Below, piece by piece: positions 51,618-63,842 of a DNA stretch of 64,000 nt. Location: positions 19,775,648 through 19,839,647 of the forward strand of contig NC_092673.1 in assembly GCF_964355755.1 (NCBI RefSeq), read 5' to 3'. The stretch comes from Antedon mediterranea (Eukaryota; Animalia; Echinodermata). The notes beneath the pieces were generated by a model, which saw only the letters and a program-made list of their open reading frames with translations, made no database searches and was not told the origin of the DNA. The stretch's first letter is position 1. The number at the start of each line of letters is the position of its first letter. Both the position numbers and the translations under genes were made by a program.

Positions 51618-52570
51618 TATAATTAAATTAAAAATAACACATTATTAATTTAACATAAGTCTTTGTTTAAATTGATTTTCTTTTAAACGCTTAACTTAAT
51701 TACTTTTTGGTTCCATTTTTTTCAAAAGTATTCCCAAGATGAGAAAGAGAAAACATTGACAGTATGGGTTTTGCTAAACCCCGCAAACCTCCCAAAAAAC
51801 ATAGCAAACCCCACCGAACTAACATAAAAGTGATTGAATCATGTACTGTACGACCCACTGGGTATATCCATGTAAAAAAAAAAAATTAAATTTCTACTGT
51901 TTTTTCTCTTTCGTGGGGGTCACCCACATTTATTCATTCCTTTTACAAATATATATTACATAACATACATACATTTTTATAAAATAAAGAACAATAAAAT
52001 GCAATATAACAGCTAAAAAGGCACTATATCTATACATGTACATAAAATCGATGGAGTAAAAGTATGCTTTAAAAACGTACATTTTATGTTTATTGCAAGT
52101 TATAGTAAAAGTACAACTATTTATCATTTAAATTTACTTTATATTAAGAAATGTATTAAAAAGTAGCTGTTTCTTTTATTATATCTTAAATCAGTACTCA
52201 CAATTTGTTTCTTTATTTCTTTTGACCTTATATTACATCCGTTACAAATAATTATATACACACATACACACATTAATATACCTATTTACATTTACGAATC
52301 AGTTTAATATAGGTATTATAAACACATTATATGCTACTTTTTATGTTTTGGCCTTGTATAACATTTGTTTCACTCCACTATTTCTATTCCTTTAAAGTTC
52401 TTTTCTTACTATGTTGGCCCTTTACATTTACCAGTTTGTTTACTTATATGCTTGACCGTGTGTTTCAGTCTATGTTTTACCCTAATACATTTATTTCTAT
52501 CATGTATTAGTTTTAGTATAAGTCTAGGTGTTAGTTTTACACTACAGCTTGTACTAGTTTTATATTTTTC

Positions 52571-55500
52571 TTATTTTATGAATTCTAATAATTTAATTTT
52601 AACATCATTCCATTTTATAACTGCTTTATACTGATTACATGCGTATTCATTTTCTATAAGATTTTTTAATTCAAACTTAAACATATTCAAGATACTTTTT
52701 GATTCGTTACCCATCATGTTATCTAATAAACTAAGCCTTATGCGGGATTTGTATATACAAAACGTAAAGATAGATGTTAGCTCATTTACAAGTTTATCTT
52801 TGGAACCAGTAACTATATCAAACCAATGTATTGGCGTTTCATTGGGAAAACATTCAACAATAAGATTATTGAATTTCCTCCAAACTGGCTTAATCACTTT
52901 ACACTTAAGTAACATATGTTCTTCGTTTTCTATCACATTCTTACATCTATCGCAAATATTAGTTTTAGACAATTTCCAAATATGTAATCTTTTATTACAA
53001 ACAAGTATGCGATGTAAAAGTTTAAAATTGAATTGCGCAACTTTTACCATATGTTTCATATCTTTGACTTTATTATTCCATATTTTGTTCCATACCATAG
53101 TCTTATTTAAAAACTCTGCTTCCCATTTTACTTGGGAGATTGGCACTGTCTTTAGTTCAAATATAAACTTATCATAAAAACCTGTTTTAACATTTTTTGA
53201 TTTGAATAATTCATTTTTAATATCAACATTAACTTGTTCTTTCTCTAATCTATGTCGTGCCAATACTTCCTTCCATTCAATAGGAATAGCATTCATGAGC
53301 TTGAAGTATTCTATTATCCCATTATGCTTTACTAATAACGTGGGAATTAAATCTCTAAGACTTACAATTGTGTTATTGACCAAAATGTCACCAATTGTTT
53401 TATAGCCCGACTTTAACCAATCTTTGAAGTATAAAGACTTTCCGTCTGACAGTATATGTTTATTTTCCCACAAGGTTTGAGATTTAATTTCCTGTACATT
53501 TTGAGGATCTAACATTTCAATATTATTTATTTTCACAATTGCATTAATCATATTTAAATAAAATTCAGGCATAATTTGTAATTGTTTATGCTCTTCAAAA
53601 TTAAGCCTACTTATCTCTAATGTACATTCTATAGGGTACATGTAATATTTTGGAATACATTTCCACTTGCCTGGGTCTGGGCTAAGTAGTCTCTTAACCC
53701 AGTTTAGCTTTAACGAGTTCACAACTACATAAAAATCAATCATATTAACCCCTCCTTCTTCTATTTTATTTATAAGTGTTTTCCTCTTAATCTTTTCTTT
53801 TTTATTTCCCCATAGGAATCTATACAGTAACTTCTCTACCATTGGAAATACATGTTTTGGTACATTGATAATACTAGCATTGTATATTAATTTTGAAATT
53901 GCTAGACTTTTAATTATTATCATTTTTCCAAAGAAGGTAAGGTGTCGTTTTTCCCATAGCCTTAAAGTATGTTCTAACTCCATAATTTTATCATCCCAGT
54001 TTTTTTTTTCACAAACACCTTTTTTATAGCCTACATAAATTCCGAGGAATTTCACTGGCTCTTTCGTCCAAGTGATACCACAAGGGGTTGCTAGGTTATT
54101 CTGAATTGATCCAATCCAGATTCCTTTACATTTTCCTTTATTTAGCTTCAACCCTGAAATATTACAAAATGCATTGATTTCAGTGAAAAAATATTTTAAA
54201 CTATTTTCACCTGATGTAAAAATCACAGTGTCATCAGCGAGCTGAGCTATTTTCACCATATTATCAATATTTTTATTCTCAGGTAATTCAATTCCCTTAC
54301 ACAATGAATTATTCTTTATATTTATTGCCATTACCTCGACTACAACTGTAAACAATAGTGCAGACAACGGGCAACCTTGACGTACTCCACATTCCATATT
54401 AAAACTGTTTGAAACCCATCCGTTATTTTTAACCATACATCTAGTGCCTGTGTATATTACATTTATCCAATGTACAAAAGATAAACCAAAACCAAACTTT
54501 CTTAGAACATTTAACATTAGCTTTCTATCTATTGAGTCGAATGCCTTAGCAAAGTCAAGAAAAATCATGGCTCCTGGTATTTGCTTTTCTTTCGTATAAG
54601 ACAACACATCTTCAACTAGTCTAATATTTTCTCCTCCAAATCTCTCATTAATATATCCTTTTTGATCATTACTGATAATAGACCCTAATACTTTTTTTAG
54701 TCTGTTTGAAAGAGCATGTGCCATTATTTTGTAATCTACATTTAGCAATGTAATTGGTCTCCAGTTTTCGAGACACTCTCTCTTTCCACTCTTAAATAAA
54801 AGATTTATTACACCTAACCTCTGTGAGTTACTTAAACTCTTATTGTTGTAACTGTAATTTAAAGAATTACACAAAATATCTTTTAGATATTCCCAAAAAT
54901 GACGATAGAATTCGACACTTAGTCCATCGGAACCCGGACTTTTATTCAACTTCATGTTAGATATTGCTTTTGTTAGTTCTCCTTCTGTTAATATTCCCTC
55001 ACATTCTATTTTATCTTTTTCTGATAGTTTTTTAACTGTAGTATTTCGTAAATATTTATTTATTTCATTTTCTGTTAGAATTTTATTTGAATACAGATGT
55101 TCATAGAATCTAATTTGTTCCTCTAGTATCTCGTGAACATCCGTAGTATGTTTTCCATTCCTTTTTAAGAGCATGGTAATATGTTTTCTTTTTGCATTGT
55201 TTTTCTCCAATCCTAAAAAAAAAATGTTATTTTTTTCTCCCTTTTCAAACCATTTAACCCTTGATCTGACTATGGCGCCTTTTGCTTCACAATGATAAAT
55301 CTTATCTAAGTCATTAGTTTTATTTTTTAATTTTTCTTCTATATTTTGATCGTATGCGATATTAAGCTTGTTCGTTAATACATTGACTTCCTTAGTTAGG
55401 TTTAGCTTATTAACATTCATCTCTTTTTTTTTACTTGCACAGAATTTAGCTGAAAATTCTTTTATTTTTATTTTAAGTAGTTCCCACAGCAAGTCTGGAG

Positions 55501-56368
55501 TAAGATTAATTTCATTTTTTTTTACATTTTCAATAATTCTTTTTATTTTTATGTTGTATTCTTCATCTTTAAGAATACTACAGTTAATTTTCCATATTCC
55601 TGGACCAGCTTTTTGTTGATTATTTAATATTTTTAATGAGATAGCCTGATGATCAGAACATATTGATGGTCTAATGTCGGTAGACATCACATCACCATTT
55701 TTATAAAGGGCACTTGAGATGCACCACAGATCCAACCTCCTGTACGTGCTTTTTCGTCTCCAAGTAAATTGGGTTTTTGTTTTGTGATATTGTCTCCATA
55801 TATCTATTAATTTATTTTTTGTCATGCAATTCTTTAACACAGATGGTGACTTGTCGTATTGATTTACACTATTTTTTTGATCTAATTTTCTTTCTAAAAT
55901 GCAATTCATATCACCTCCAATTATTGTATATTCTTCTTTTTTAAAACACATCAATTCAATCTTTTTTTCTAATTTTTTGAAGAAGTTTGCTCTTTCTTTG
56001 TAATTATTAGGTGCATATACATTAATAAAATTAAACACCTTCTCATTATATCTTACTTTAAGAATAAGCATTCTACCTTCTTCGTCTGTATATTTACATT
56101 CAATATCACTTTGATCAAATCCTGGCTTAAAAAATATTGATACACCTCTACTATTAGTTGTACCAAAACTATGAAACATGGCCCCATTCCACAACAAATT
56201 GTTACATCTTATAGATTTCTGATCAAAGTGTGTTTCTTGGAGGAATGCAACATTAAATTTTTGATCTTCCAGCCATTTAAATATTTTTTTCTTCTTATAA
56301 TTTTCTCTAATCCCTCTAACATTTAGCGATATTAGATGTAGGTAGTCATTTTTTTTGTTGTTTTTCAT
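52571..56368 (-). CDS. Tx1 ORF2: APE endonuclease, reverse transcriptase, zf-RVT
   Basis: SLNVRG, LQETH, GGDMN, SDH (APE); SPGSDG, WRPITLLNVDYK, GVRQGCPLS, LADD (RT); CDRC..EEHMLLKC. 1265 aa, uninterrupted. Confidence 0.97.
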   Translation of the reverse strand: MKNNKKNDYLHLISLNVRGIRENYKKKKIFKWLEDQKFNVAFLQETHFDQKSIRCNNLLWNGAMFHSFGTTNSRGVSIFFKPGFDQSDIECKYTDEEGRMLILKVRYNEKVFNFINVYAPNNYKERANFFKKLEKKIELMCFKKEEYTIIGGDMNCILERKLDQKNSVNQYDKSPSVLKNCMTKNKLIDIWRQYHKTKTQFTWRRKSTYRRLDLWCISSALYKNGDVMSTDIRPSICSDHQAISLKILNNQQKAGPGIWKINCSILKDEEYNIKIKRIIENVKKNEINLTPDLLWELLKIKIKEFSAKFCASKKKEMNVNKLNLTKEVNVLTNKLNIAYDQNIEEKLKNKTNDLDKIYHCEAKGAIVRSRVKWFEKGEKNNIFFLGLEKNNAKRKHITMLLKRNGKHTTDVHEILEEQIRFYEHLYSNKILTENEINKYLRNTTVKKLSEKDKIECEGILTEGELTKAISNMKLNKSPGSDGLSVEFYRHFWEYLKDILCNSLNYSYNNKSLSNSQRLGVINLLFKSGKRECLENWRPITLLNVDYKIMAHALSNRLKKVLGSIISNDQKGYINERFGGENIRLVEDVLSYTKEKQIPGAMIFLDFAKAFDSIDRKLMLNVLRKFGFGLSFVHWINVIYTGTRCMVKNNGWVSNSFNMECGVRQGCPLSALLFTVVVEVMAINIKNNSLCKGIELPENKNIDNMVKIAQLADDTVIFTSGENSLKYFFTEINAFCNISGLKLNKGKCKGIWIGSIQNNLATPCGITWTKEPVKFLGIYVGYKKGVCEKKNWDDKIMELEHTLRLWEKRHLTFFGKMIIIKSLAISKLIYNASIINVPKHVFPMVEKLLYRFLWGNKKEKIKRKTLINKIEEGGVNMIDFYVVVNSLKLNWVKRLLSPDPGKWKCIPKYYMYPIECTLEISRLNFEEHKQLQIMPEFYLNMINAIVKINNIEMLDPQNVQEIKSQTLWENKHILSDGKSLYFKDWLKSGYKTIGDILVNNTIVSLRDLIPTLLVKHNGIIEYFKLMNAIPIEWKEVLARHRLEKEQVNVDIKNELFKSKNVKTGFYDKFIFELKTVPISQVKWEAEFLNKTMVWNKIWNNKVKDMKHMVKVAQFNFKLLHRILVCNKRLHIWKLSKTNICDRCKNVIENEEHMLLKCKVIKPVWRKFNNLIVECFPNETPIHWFDIVTGSKDKLVNELTSIFTFCIYKSRIRLSLLDNMMGNESKSILNMFKFELKNLIENEYACNQYKAVIKWNDVKIKLLEFIK

Positions 56369-56667
56369 AATTATTTTTGTTCGTTTTTTTTTTGTTTTTG
56401 TTTTTTCTAATTCAATAATTATATCAAATTTACAGTTGAAGCAAGAACAACGTAATTTAACTTACTGAATCAGATTTTCTATCTTTCTTTTCAACATTTT
56501 TCTCTCCACTTTCAGTAAGCTTTTTCTTTTTGCTAGATGCAAACTGGTCTCTAGCAACTATTGCTTTGGTATTAGAGGCATCCGTTGTGCTAGTAGTTGC
56601 GAAATCTGTAATTGGTCTCATACCCATGTTTATACTACTTGCTCTCTCACCAGCTTTATTTGTCTGC

Positions 56668-57846
56668 TCAACATTGCTTGCTTTTTTTTTTATCTCGTTT
56701 TCTTTGCTTCTTCTTTTCATTCTTTTGGTCTTGTGGTTGCATTTTTTCATTATCTTTCTGATTTATTGTTTTCACTCTGTCTATGGCTTCCTTCATTATT
56801 TGCTGTACCTTTTCATCTAATTCTATAGATTCGGGCTTATTTGTTGGCATAACTGGTTTGTTAAGCAGTTCTTCTAGAACTACTATGACGTTGCTTGTTG
56901 CTTCATCTTGTTTATTCTCTTCTTCAATGATGTCTAATATCTTTTCTTCCTCTTCTTCATCTTCCTCTTCTATGTCTACTTTCTCTTCCTCTTCTACATT
57001 CATTAATGTTTCCTCTTCTATATCTACTTCCACTTGCACTTCCTCTCCCATTCCTACCTCTATTTCTTTTACTTCGTGCGGGTATTCTTCCTCATTGTCA
57101 ATCCACTTAGTGATATTTGTTGCAAGCTTTGGTAATGTATTTGTCGAGTTTATAACTAATTTGTGTGGTAGGCCTACATATTTATCACCTTTACAGTTTT
57201 TGGCAAAGTGGCCTGACATATTGCATTTGTGACATATTATACTGTCCATCTTTTTCGGGCATTCATTAATTTTATGTCCAGTTAGACCGCATTCGAAACA
57301 TGTAATTTCGAATTTCTGGTCTTTGTGAAAGAGCCTAGCACTGAAGTTATTCACTTTAATGAATCTTGGCAAGCTTCCTTTGAAGCGCTCTACAAAGATG
57401 GCACGATCACCGTTCAGAAAACGGGATAGTTTTCCCTGTATTCTGAATTTAATAAGTTGTATCTCTCCAATAATCTTACATCCTAATTTTTTTAAGGCGT
57501 TAGTTATCTCCTCATTTCTGACTGACAGAGGTATGTCTTTCACTAAAACTCTTATCAAGTTCTCATCTGCGTTGATGTATGGGTTTAAGTCATATACAGT
57601 CACTTGCTTTCCTTTTATGCTGAGTCCAGAAGTTATTACTTTGACTCTTTCTCCGTGATCATTTATATAGATCCTCCATAAGTTTTTCACTTTTTGAGTA
57701 CCAATTAGGTTGTCACAATTGATTACGTCTGTCAAAGCAAAATATATGTCTTCTTCTTTTATATAATCTTCGTTTTTGTTCCGAATGTCGTCGTCTTTGA
57801 CAAATACCGGCTTAACCCGTGTATTAGGTTGTGTTACTGTCTCCAT
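56668..57846 (-). CDS. Tx1 ORF1 with two CCHC zinc knuckles and an acidic tract
   Basis: First ATG at 57846 (METVTQP); CFECGLTGHKINEC, CHKCNMSGHFAKNC, LNGDR motif. Confidence 0.92.
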   Translation of the reverse strand: METVTQPNTRVKPVFVKDDDIRNKNEDYIKEEDIYFALTDVINCDNLIGTQKVKNLWRIYINDHGERVKVITSGLSIKGKQVTVYDLNPYINADENLIRVLVKDIPLSVRNEEITNALKKLGCKIIGEIQLIKFRIQGKLSRFLNGDRAIFVERFKGSLPRFIKVNNFSARLFHKDQKFEITCFECGLTGHKINECPKKMDSIICHKCNMSGHFAKNCKGDKYVGLPHKLVINSTNTLPKLATNITKWIDNEEEYPHEVKEIEVGMGEEVQVEVDIEEETLMNVEEEEKVDIEEEDEEEEEKILDIIEEENKQDEATSNVIVVLEELLNKPVMPTNKPESIELDEKVQQIMKEAIDRVKTINQKDNEKMQPQDQKNEKKKQRKRDKKKSKQC

Positions 57847-58778
57847 CGCAACAAGCGGTTTCAAGGACAAAGAAGAATTACTAGAGCGTGAAGCGTGCGT
57901 ACACAAGTAAAGCTAGGCTCTAATCCTTTGTTGCTATAGGTTGCTAGTGTAAACAATTGTCTCACCAATCAATCACTTCTTTTCACCGGTATTTTGTGGC
58001 TCTTTGATCAATCTGTTATTGAACACGGGGCTACGTAGATTTACACCTCAAAGTACGATCATAGGTTTCTAAATAACACGATTTAGACAGAAGTATACTC
58101 TTAAGAGACAACAGCTTACTTTTTTAAGTTTCTAATATCGAACCTGAATCCAAAGTATTGTAAAAAACTGAATATTAATCGTAGGTTTTTTAAATTTCTA
58201 CTGTTAACTACTTATTTTGGGGGTAAAAAGAGAAAACAAAATATTAAATTGTTGTAAAAATACTTTTAACTGAAATGTTTAAATTAATATTTAAATTAAA
58301 CAAATTGAAATCTTATTTAAATGGAGAAATACATTTGATTGTTTAATTAAGGAAATGCATGGAAGAGTTGGCAAGTAAGCGTCTTTTTTATTTTTAAATA
58401 TTCATCTACAAAAGGGAGTCCGGACTCATTTTAAACTGAATAAATCATATAACATAAAAATGACATAATGTTTTAGCACAAAAAAACCAGTAAATTGTCA
58501 GCATGTTAAGTTAGTACTGTAGCATATTTAAAACAACAAACAAGTGCAATTTTGTGAATGATAAATAAAAATAACTCACCGAAAATGTGTCTATATAATA
58601 GAAGTTGATGATGATTTGGTTTTGAGTTATTTTAGGCTATTTATGCAGTCTTCTAAAATCTGTATAAAAATGTTGATAGAGTCATAGTTACCTTTTCAAA
58701 TTAGTAAAGGTCTTGAGTTATTTCATATTTCAAGAATGTTTTTAATGATGAATTTATCGGGTGCCGAATTAATCTAGC

Positions 58779-59460
58779 CAAAGCCAGATATATAAAGAGT
58801 TACGACATTGGATTATAGTCACGTGATATGTAGATCAATTTTATGTCAAACTTGTCTCCGTTAATGCATGTAAAGTATAGGAGCAAGAAAATACTTAAAA
58901 CTTTTTCTTATATTTAAAAAATGTAATTGCACATTTTACGTTGAAATATCGATGTGCACAGCGTACAGAAGTACTTGCGGCAAAGAATATTGCGCGCGCG
59001 TGCGCTAGTACATTATAAAGTTCGATTGATTGATTTTGGAACGAAACATCCCGTAACTACGTCCTATTAATAACAATTATGTAATATTTTCAATTCATGC
59101 TTTGATGACTTAAAAAAATAATAAAGTGTCGTGGATATATTTGTTAATGTATTGAATAGGGTATGAACAATATTAAAATAAAGGCAAATTATTACAAATA
59201 TACTTATTGTTATTATAGACCCAATATATATATGTTACCAAATTAATACCATTAATAAAATTAATTACTAAAATAAAAATGGAATATAAGCGTTATTTCA
59301 TAGACAAAAAAATCTAAAAATAATGCATGAACTACAGGAAAATGCTCTATATATGGCTCTGATACAAAATAGACGGGCGCGCCCTCAGCGTGCGAATTCT
59401 TTGACACAAAAATGGCTTCTAATTTTCAATGTCGTAACTCTTTATATATATATGGCTCTG
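58779..59460. mobile_element. MITE with ~30-bp TIRs (P-like CA..TG ends)
   Basis: CAAAGCCAGATATATAAAGAGTTACGACATTG ... CAATGTCGTAACTCTTTATATATATATGGCTCTG; an extra internal end at about 59350; no clean TSD. Confidence 0.65.
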
Positions 59461-59918
59461 GTCAAAGCTAGTCATTAAGGTCGTGCTAACAGTGAACAAT
59501 TTACGTGGTTTAGAAACTACTGTACTATTCATTTAGCAAAAAAACATATGCATGTTATATTTAATGGATCTCACTCCATCATCATGACTATTTATAACTA
59601 TTAAGTTAATTTACAACTTTATAACATTAGTAAGTAATGATATAAACGAAACCTAGTCTATAGGCCCATCCTTTGTAAATACTAAATAGTTTAATAAGTA
59701 CGGTAATTAAACGTCAAATGTGATCACTGTAAAACTGTAACAGTTTATAACCAGGTCTAGGCTAGGCCTAGTAGTAAGCCTAATTAGATTTGGTTTTCTA
59801 AAAAGGTAGTATAAATGTAACATCGCAAAATTGTATTATTTATTGATAATGTATTCCAAACAATAAATAAACCATGTTATGTTAAATAAATATTCACGGA
59901 TTTTTTAATATCTAGTAA

Positions 59919-59972
59919 CATAGAGATATTATAATATCTATTATCTATTATTATTATTATTATATCTCTATG
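59919..59972. mobile_element. 54-bp P-element-like footprint with 7-bp TSD
   Basis: CTAGTAA-[CATAGAGATATTATAATA..(TAT)n..TATATCTCTATG]-CTAGTAA. Confidence 0.75.
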
Positions 59973-60532
59973 CTAGTAATTACATAAGCAACCTACATTA
60001 CATTGTTTTCTGTAGGAAAAGATACAAAGCATCGTCGATTAACCAAAAATTAAAAAGCCTCAATATATAACGATTAGTGAAACAATAACTCACCGCAAAT
60101 ATATTGGCTTGATAGAAGTTGTTAAGAAATTGTTTTTAGAAAATATAGTGTTCGTTTTGTCTCAAGGGACATAATATATTCATAAAAGTATATTGCCATG
60201 CACAACAAGTAATAATAAATACATATACATATATAATAAAAATAAACGACGAAAATAGAAAAAAAAGGTAATATGCCTTTAATATGTAAATTAAAATATT
60301 CCAAACTTCTAATGGAGTAAATTTTAAAAAAGTGTTGCATTTGTAATCTGCAAGGAAAAGTCAACAAAAACAGTTATTTAATAAACAATGGTATCAGAGT
60401 CTACTCTCGTCTACGTTTAACCGAATGTGATAAAAGAAAATATCTTTTAAATTATTATGTGGAGAAAAAGCTACTAAATAAGTAATGTTAGTTATAAAAT
60501 AATAATAATAACGTTAGGTTTGACTGTCCTGC

Positions 60533-61393
60533 CTAAGAGTGCAAACTTCCGTTTATGTACAAGTTGCCATTTCTGAAGGACGGCCTTTTCCCCTCTCTAT
60601 AAGCTATGGCCATTGTGTCTTTCAGGCTTCGTTTTTTAATTAGGTCCGCCTCACAGAGATCATTGAAGACATATATGTTACTGCTTTTTAGTGATGACTT
60701 CGACTTGGAGAGAACTTGATGTCGCTGGGGACGATATATGAACTTGGCGATGATATGCCTGGGCTTGTCGTTAGGTCCTCGCGGCTTACCGGACCGGTGC
60801 GCATTTTCTATTTTAACATTAGGAATGCATAACTCATTTTCAATCAGGTCTGTGATTTTCTGGACTGTATTTTCATTGATTTCTTCCGGTAAGCCACCAA
60901 ATCGCAAATTAAAAGACCTTGAATAGCGTTCAAGCTTGTTCAGTTGATTTTGTACCAATAAGCACTTTGATTTTTCAGCTTCAACAGCAGATGATACGCC
61001 TTTAAGCTCTGTAGTTACATATTTCATTTTGATTTCCATTTTTGATATCGTATTGCTAACAAATTCAATTGATGTTTCAAGTTGAGTTTGTTTGTTTTCA
61101 ATTTTGTCTATCCTTCCAAGTATGGTATTCTGATTTGTTAGGACCGTGTCCAGCTGGTTACGTATACCAAACAATTCTCTTGCTATTTGTTGAATTTCGC
61201 GCCTCAGTGCTTCCGTGCTGGTCGCATCGGCTGCTTCAAGCACAGGGGGCGACTCCAGTGATTGTTGGCCTATGTCTGATGTTTTTTGGATTTCGCGCCT
61301 CAGTGCTTCCGTGCTGGGCGCCTCGGCTGCTTCAAGCACCGGGGGCGACTCCTGTGATTTTGCGCCTACGTCTGTTGGCTTTTTTTTTCCCAT
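60533..61393 (-). CDS. LINE ORF1p-like protein (coiled coil + L1-type RRM/CTD); no ORF2 follows
   Basis: LERYSRSFNLRFGGLPE, IENAHRSG, PRHIIAKF, YVFNDL, FRNGNLYING; 96-bp internal duplication; LINE-like 5' end AGACGTGGATAGTTTGCTCC near 61515-61535. Confidence 0.85.
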   Translation of the reverse strand: MGKKKPTDVGAKSQESPPVLEAAEAPSTEALRREIQKTSDIGQQSLESPPVLEAADATSTEALRREIQQIARELFGIRNQLDTVLTNQNTILGRIDKIENKQTQLETSIEFVSNTISKMEIKMKYVTTELKGVSSAVEAEKSKCLLVQNQLNKLERYSRSFNLRFGGLPEEINENTVQKITDLIENELCIPNVKIENAHRSGKPRGPNDKPRHIIAKFIYRPQRHQVLSKSKSSLKSSNIYVFNDLCEADLIKKRSLKDTMAIAYREGKRPSFRNGNLYINGSLHS

Positions 61394-61544
61394 TTTGAGT
61401 GCTTGATTTCTCTATTAAAGTCAGATTCAATTTGTTAAATGCACTTACAGTTTTTTTACGGTTTATTTGTCCAACGTTGTATTAGTGTAGCATGTATTAT
61501 TTATATATTTAGACGGAGCAAACTATCCACGTCTGTTCACTCAC

Positions 61545-63842
61545 TTAGCATCTTACATCTGGTTTCCTGGGGTGGTAAACCCCATGATGTGGTATATACC
61601 ACGCTGCTATTTCCTTCTCATTTTCGGGCACCTCTTCTGCTTGGCCTTCCTCTATTATTTTCTTCATGAACAACTTGTATTGTTCGGCATACTTGGGATT
61701 CTGGCTCATTTTCCCTTTCAATTGTTCCAGTCTTCTCCTTGCTTGGAACTTGTTGTCAGGCAATATAGGGTTTTCAACCTTGAATGGTAAAGGTATTTGA
61801 AACTTACCATTAACCATCTCAACACCATCATTCAATGTCTTAAGAAAACTTTCATCTTCAATAGACATAGACTGGGTCTTTTCAGCTTTTTCAATAAAAT
61901 CGGCTTCAAACAGATCCAGTACTTCCTTGGTAGTTGTTTTAAATGAAAAGTGTGTTTTGTTGACTGTTTGCCCCTTGCTCAGCTTAGTTACGCCTACTAT
62001 GCCCCATCCCAAGGAGGTCATTGTCGTTTTCACCATGGAGTAATTCCCTTGGCATCAATGCTGTTGAACAATTATGGCCAATTATAAGGCCGACATCAAC
62101 ATTCAGAAGAGGACTCAGCTCTTTCTTCATTCCTTGGAGATGTACCCAACCATTGGTTGCATCTGGTGTGGGGATTTGATGTCTGGACACTGGTATTTGA
62201 TCTCGTGTGTATGCGGATGGTAACTGTATTGTCTTCTTTTCATTGAGGCCCTTTATCACCAAACCATCTATCTTTTTGGAAGTGACTGTCCCCTTCGTCA
62301 TCATAGTTGATATCTCTAACCTTATGTCTGCTCCTTTAGTATTCAATCCCTTGGCAAGAGCTTCCGCAATAAAACAGGCATCTGATTGTTCATCTAGTAA
62401 AGCATATATTGTTATCTGCTGCTTATCCTCATACTTTATCCATACAGGGACTATGGATGAGCAGCATTGTTCATTGGATTGGGAGTTAGTACACTGGCTT
62501 GCTGCAACGAACCGATGTAATGTTGTCGGGTGATCCCCTTTGCAGACTTCGCATGTCATTCGATGCCTGCAATCTCTCCAAATGTGTCCCTTCTTTAGGC
62601 AACCTCTACAGAGCCCCTTTGTTCTTACTAGTCCATCTCTTTCTTTCAACTCCATTGACTTGAACTTATCACAAACACTAACGGCATGATCTTCACCGCA
62701 ACAGAAACAACCCTTCCGCCTCGACAGTCGACTGGGTAGCTTGAGTGCTGTATGACCTGGTCTTGTCCGACTTCTCAGACTTATGGCTGTCCTTAGACTT
62801 CTGGGCAGATGTCACCTGGAACGACGGATCGTTACAAATCTTTGCCTCCTTGGCAATAAAATCAACGAATACCTTAAATGGCGGAAACGAAACGTCTTTA
62901 TCTGCCTTGTATTTAGAACCAGTAGTGCGCCACCTTTCTTGCAGTCGGTATGACAGCTTTGCTACTGCGATGTTCACTCCCCTGGCGGTGTCAAAGACTG
63001 CTAGCCCTGGCAGCCGCTTGTCCCTTTTTGCTGCTTCGATTTCACGTAGGAGATCTGCCATCTCCTTCATCTGCTTGTTTTCTTTAATTTTCGGGAATGT
63101 TTCCAACTTGCTAAGAAGTACACTCTCGATTAACTCCGAAGCTCCATAATCTTCGTCCAGTCGCTCCCACATGGCCTTGAGTTCCTCTTCAGAATTGTCT
63201 AAATGGACAGCTTTCAATCTTAATATTGCCTTGTGGGATTCTTCACCCAACCACTTCATCAGCAGATCTGATTCTTCCCTGGCATGCAAGGACAGCTCTT
63301 TAGTAATAGCCTTGAATGTCGCCTTCCATGTTCTATAATTGATTGGGTCATCATCAAATTTAATAAGTCCATTGCTTATTAAATCCTTTTTCATCAGAAA
63401 CTTGGCGATGTTGGATTTATCTTCATCACCATCATCAGGCTTGTTCGCAGCTACTTGCGAATCCTGTCTATTTAGTTCGGCTAGATATGCCTATCTGTAA
63501 CCCTTGGGTGAACTCCATCAGTACAGATTCCATGTATTTCTCTGCTTCTTCGAATTCTGGGTCATCTTCAATAATTGCTACAAGAGCATCATGTACATGC
63601 TCAACTGCATTTGAGGCACGATTAAGTCGTTCAAGCGCATGCTCTACAACCTCCTTCTCACTTTCATCCACTGTTGCTGCCTTGAGTACATTAAGAGCTC
63701 TGGTAAAGGCTCCCTTCTTAACCTTTCTGGCATGCTTCAGTTTGTCTATTTGCTCCACCGTATCAGCAGGCATCTTTATCACCGTACTGTCAGGCTTGGT
63801 TGACAGTATCTGTAATCAGGTTGCTTAACAGTCGTAATTTAC
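61545..63842 (-). mobile_element. Degenerate BEL/Pao LTR retrotransposon (gag, protease, start of RT), truncated
   Basis: Frameshifted ORFs with KFDDDPINYRTWK, CRGCLKKGHIWRDC..CEVCKGDHPTTLH, ALLDEQSD, PLPFK..LPDN..A.RRL and WYIPHHGVYHPRKP. Confidence 0.92.

Larger units (their letters stand above)
51902..58189 (-). mobile_element. Full-length L1/Tx1-clade LINE with 16-bp TSD
   Basis: TSD TTAAATTTCTACTGTT at 51886-51901 and 58190-58205; two intact ORFs; 3' AATAAA, hairpin and short A tail. Confidence 0.92.

Noticed and set aside
52716-57658. Plus-strand ORFs opposite Tx1, and similar antisense ORFs over DIRS, BEL and SUV3
   Set aside because: These are shadow frames of real coding sequence.
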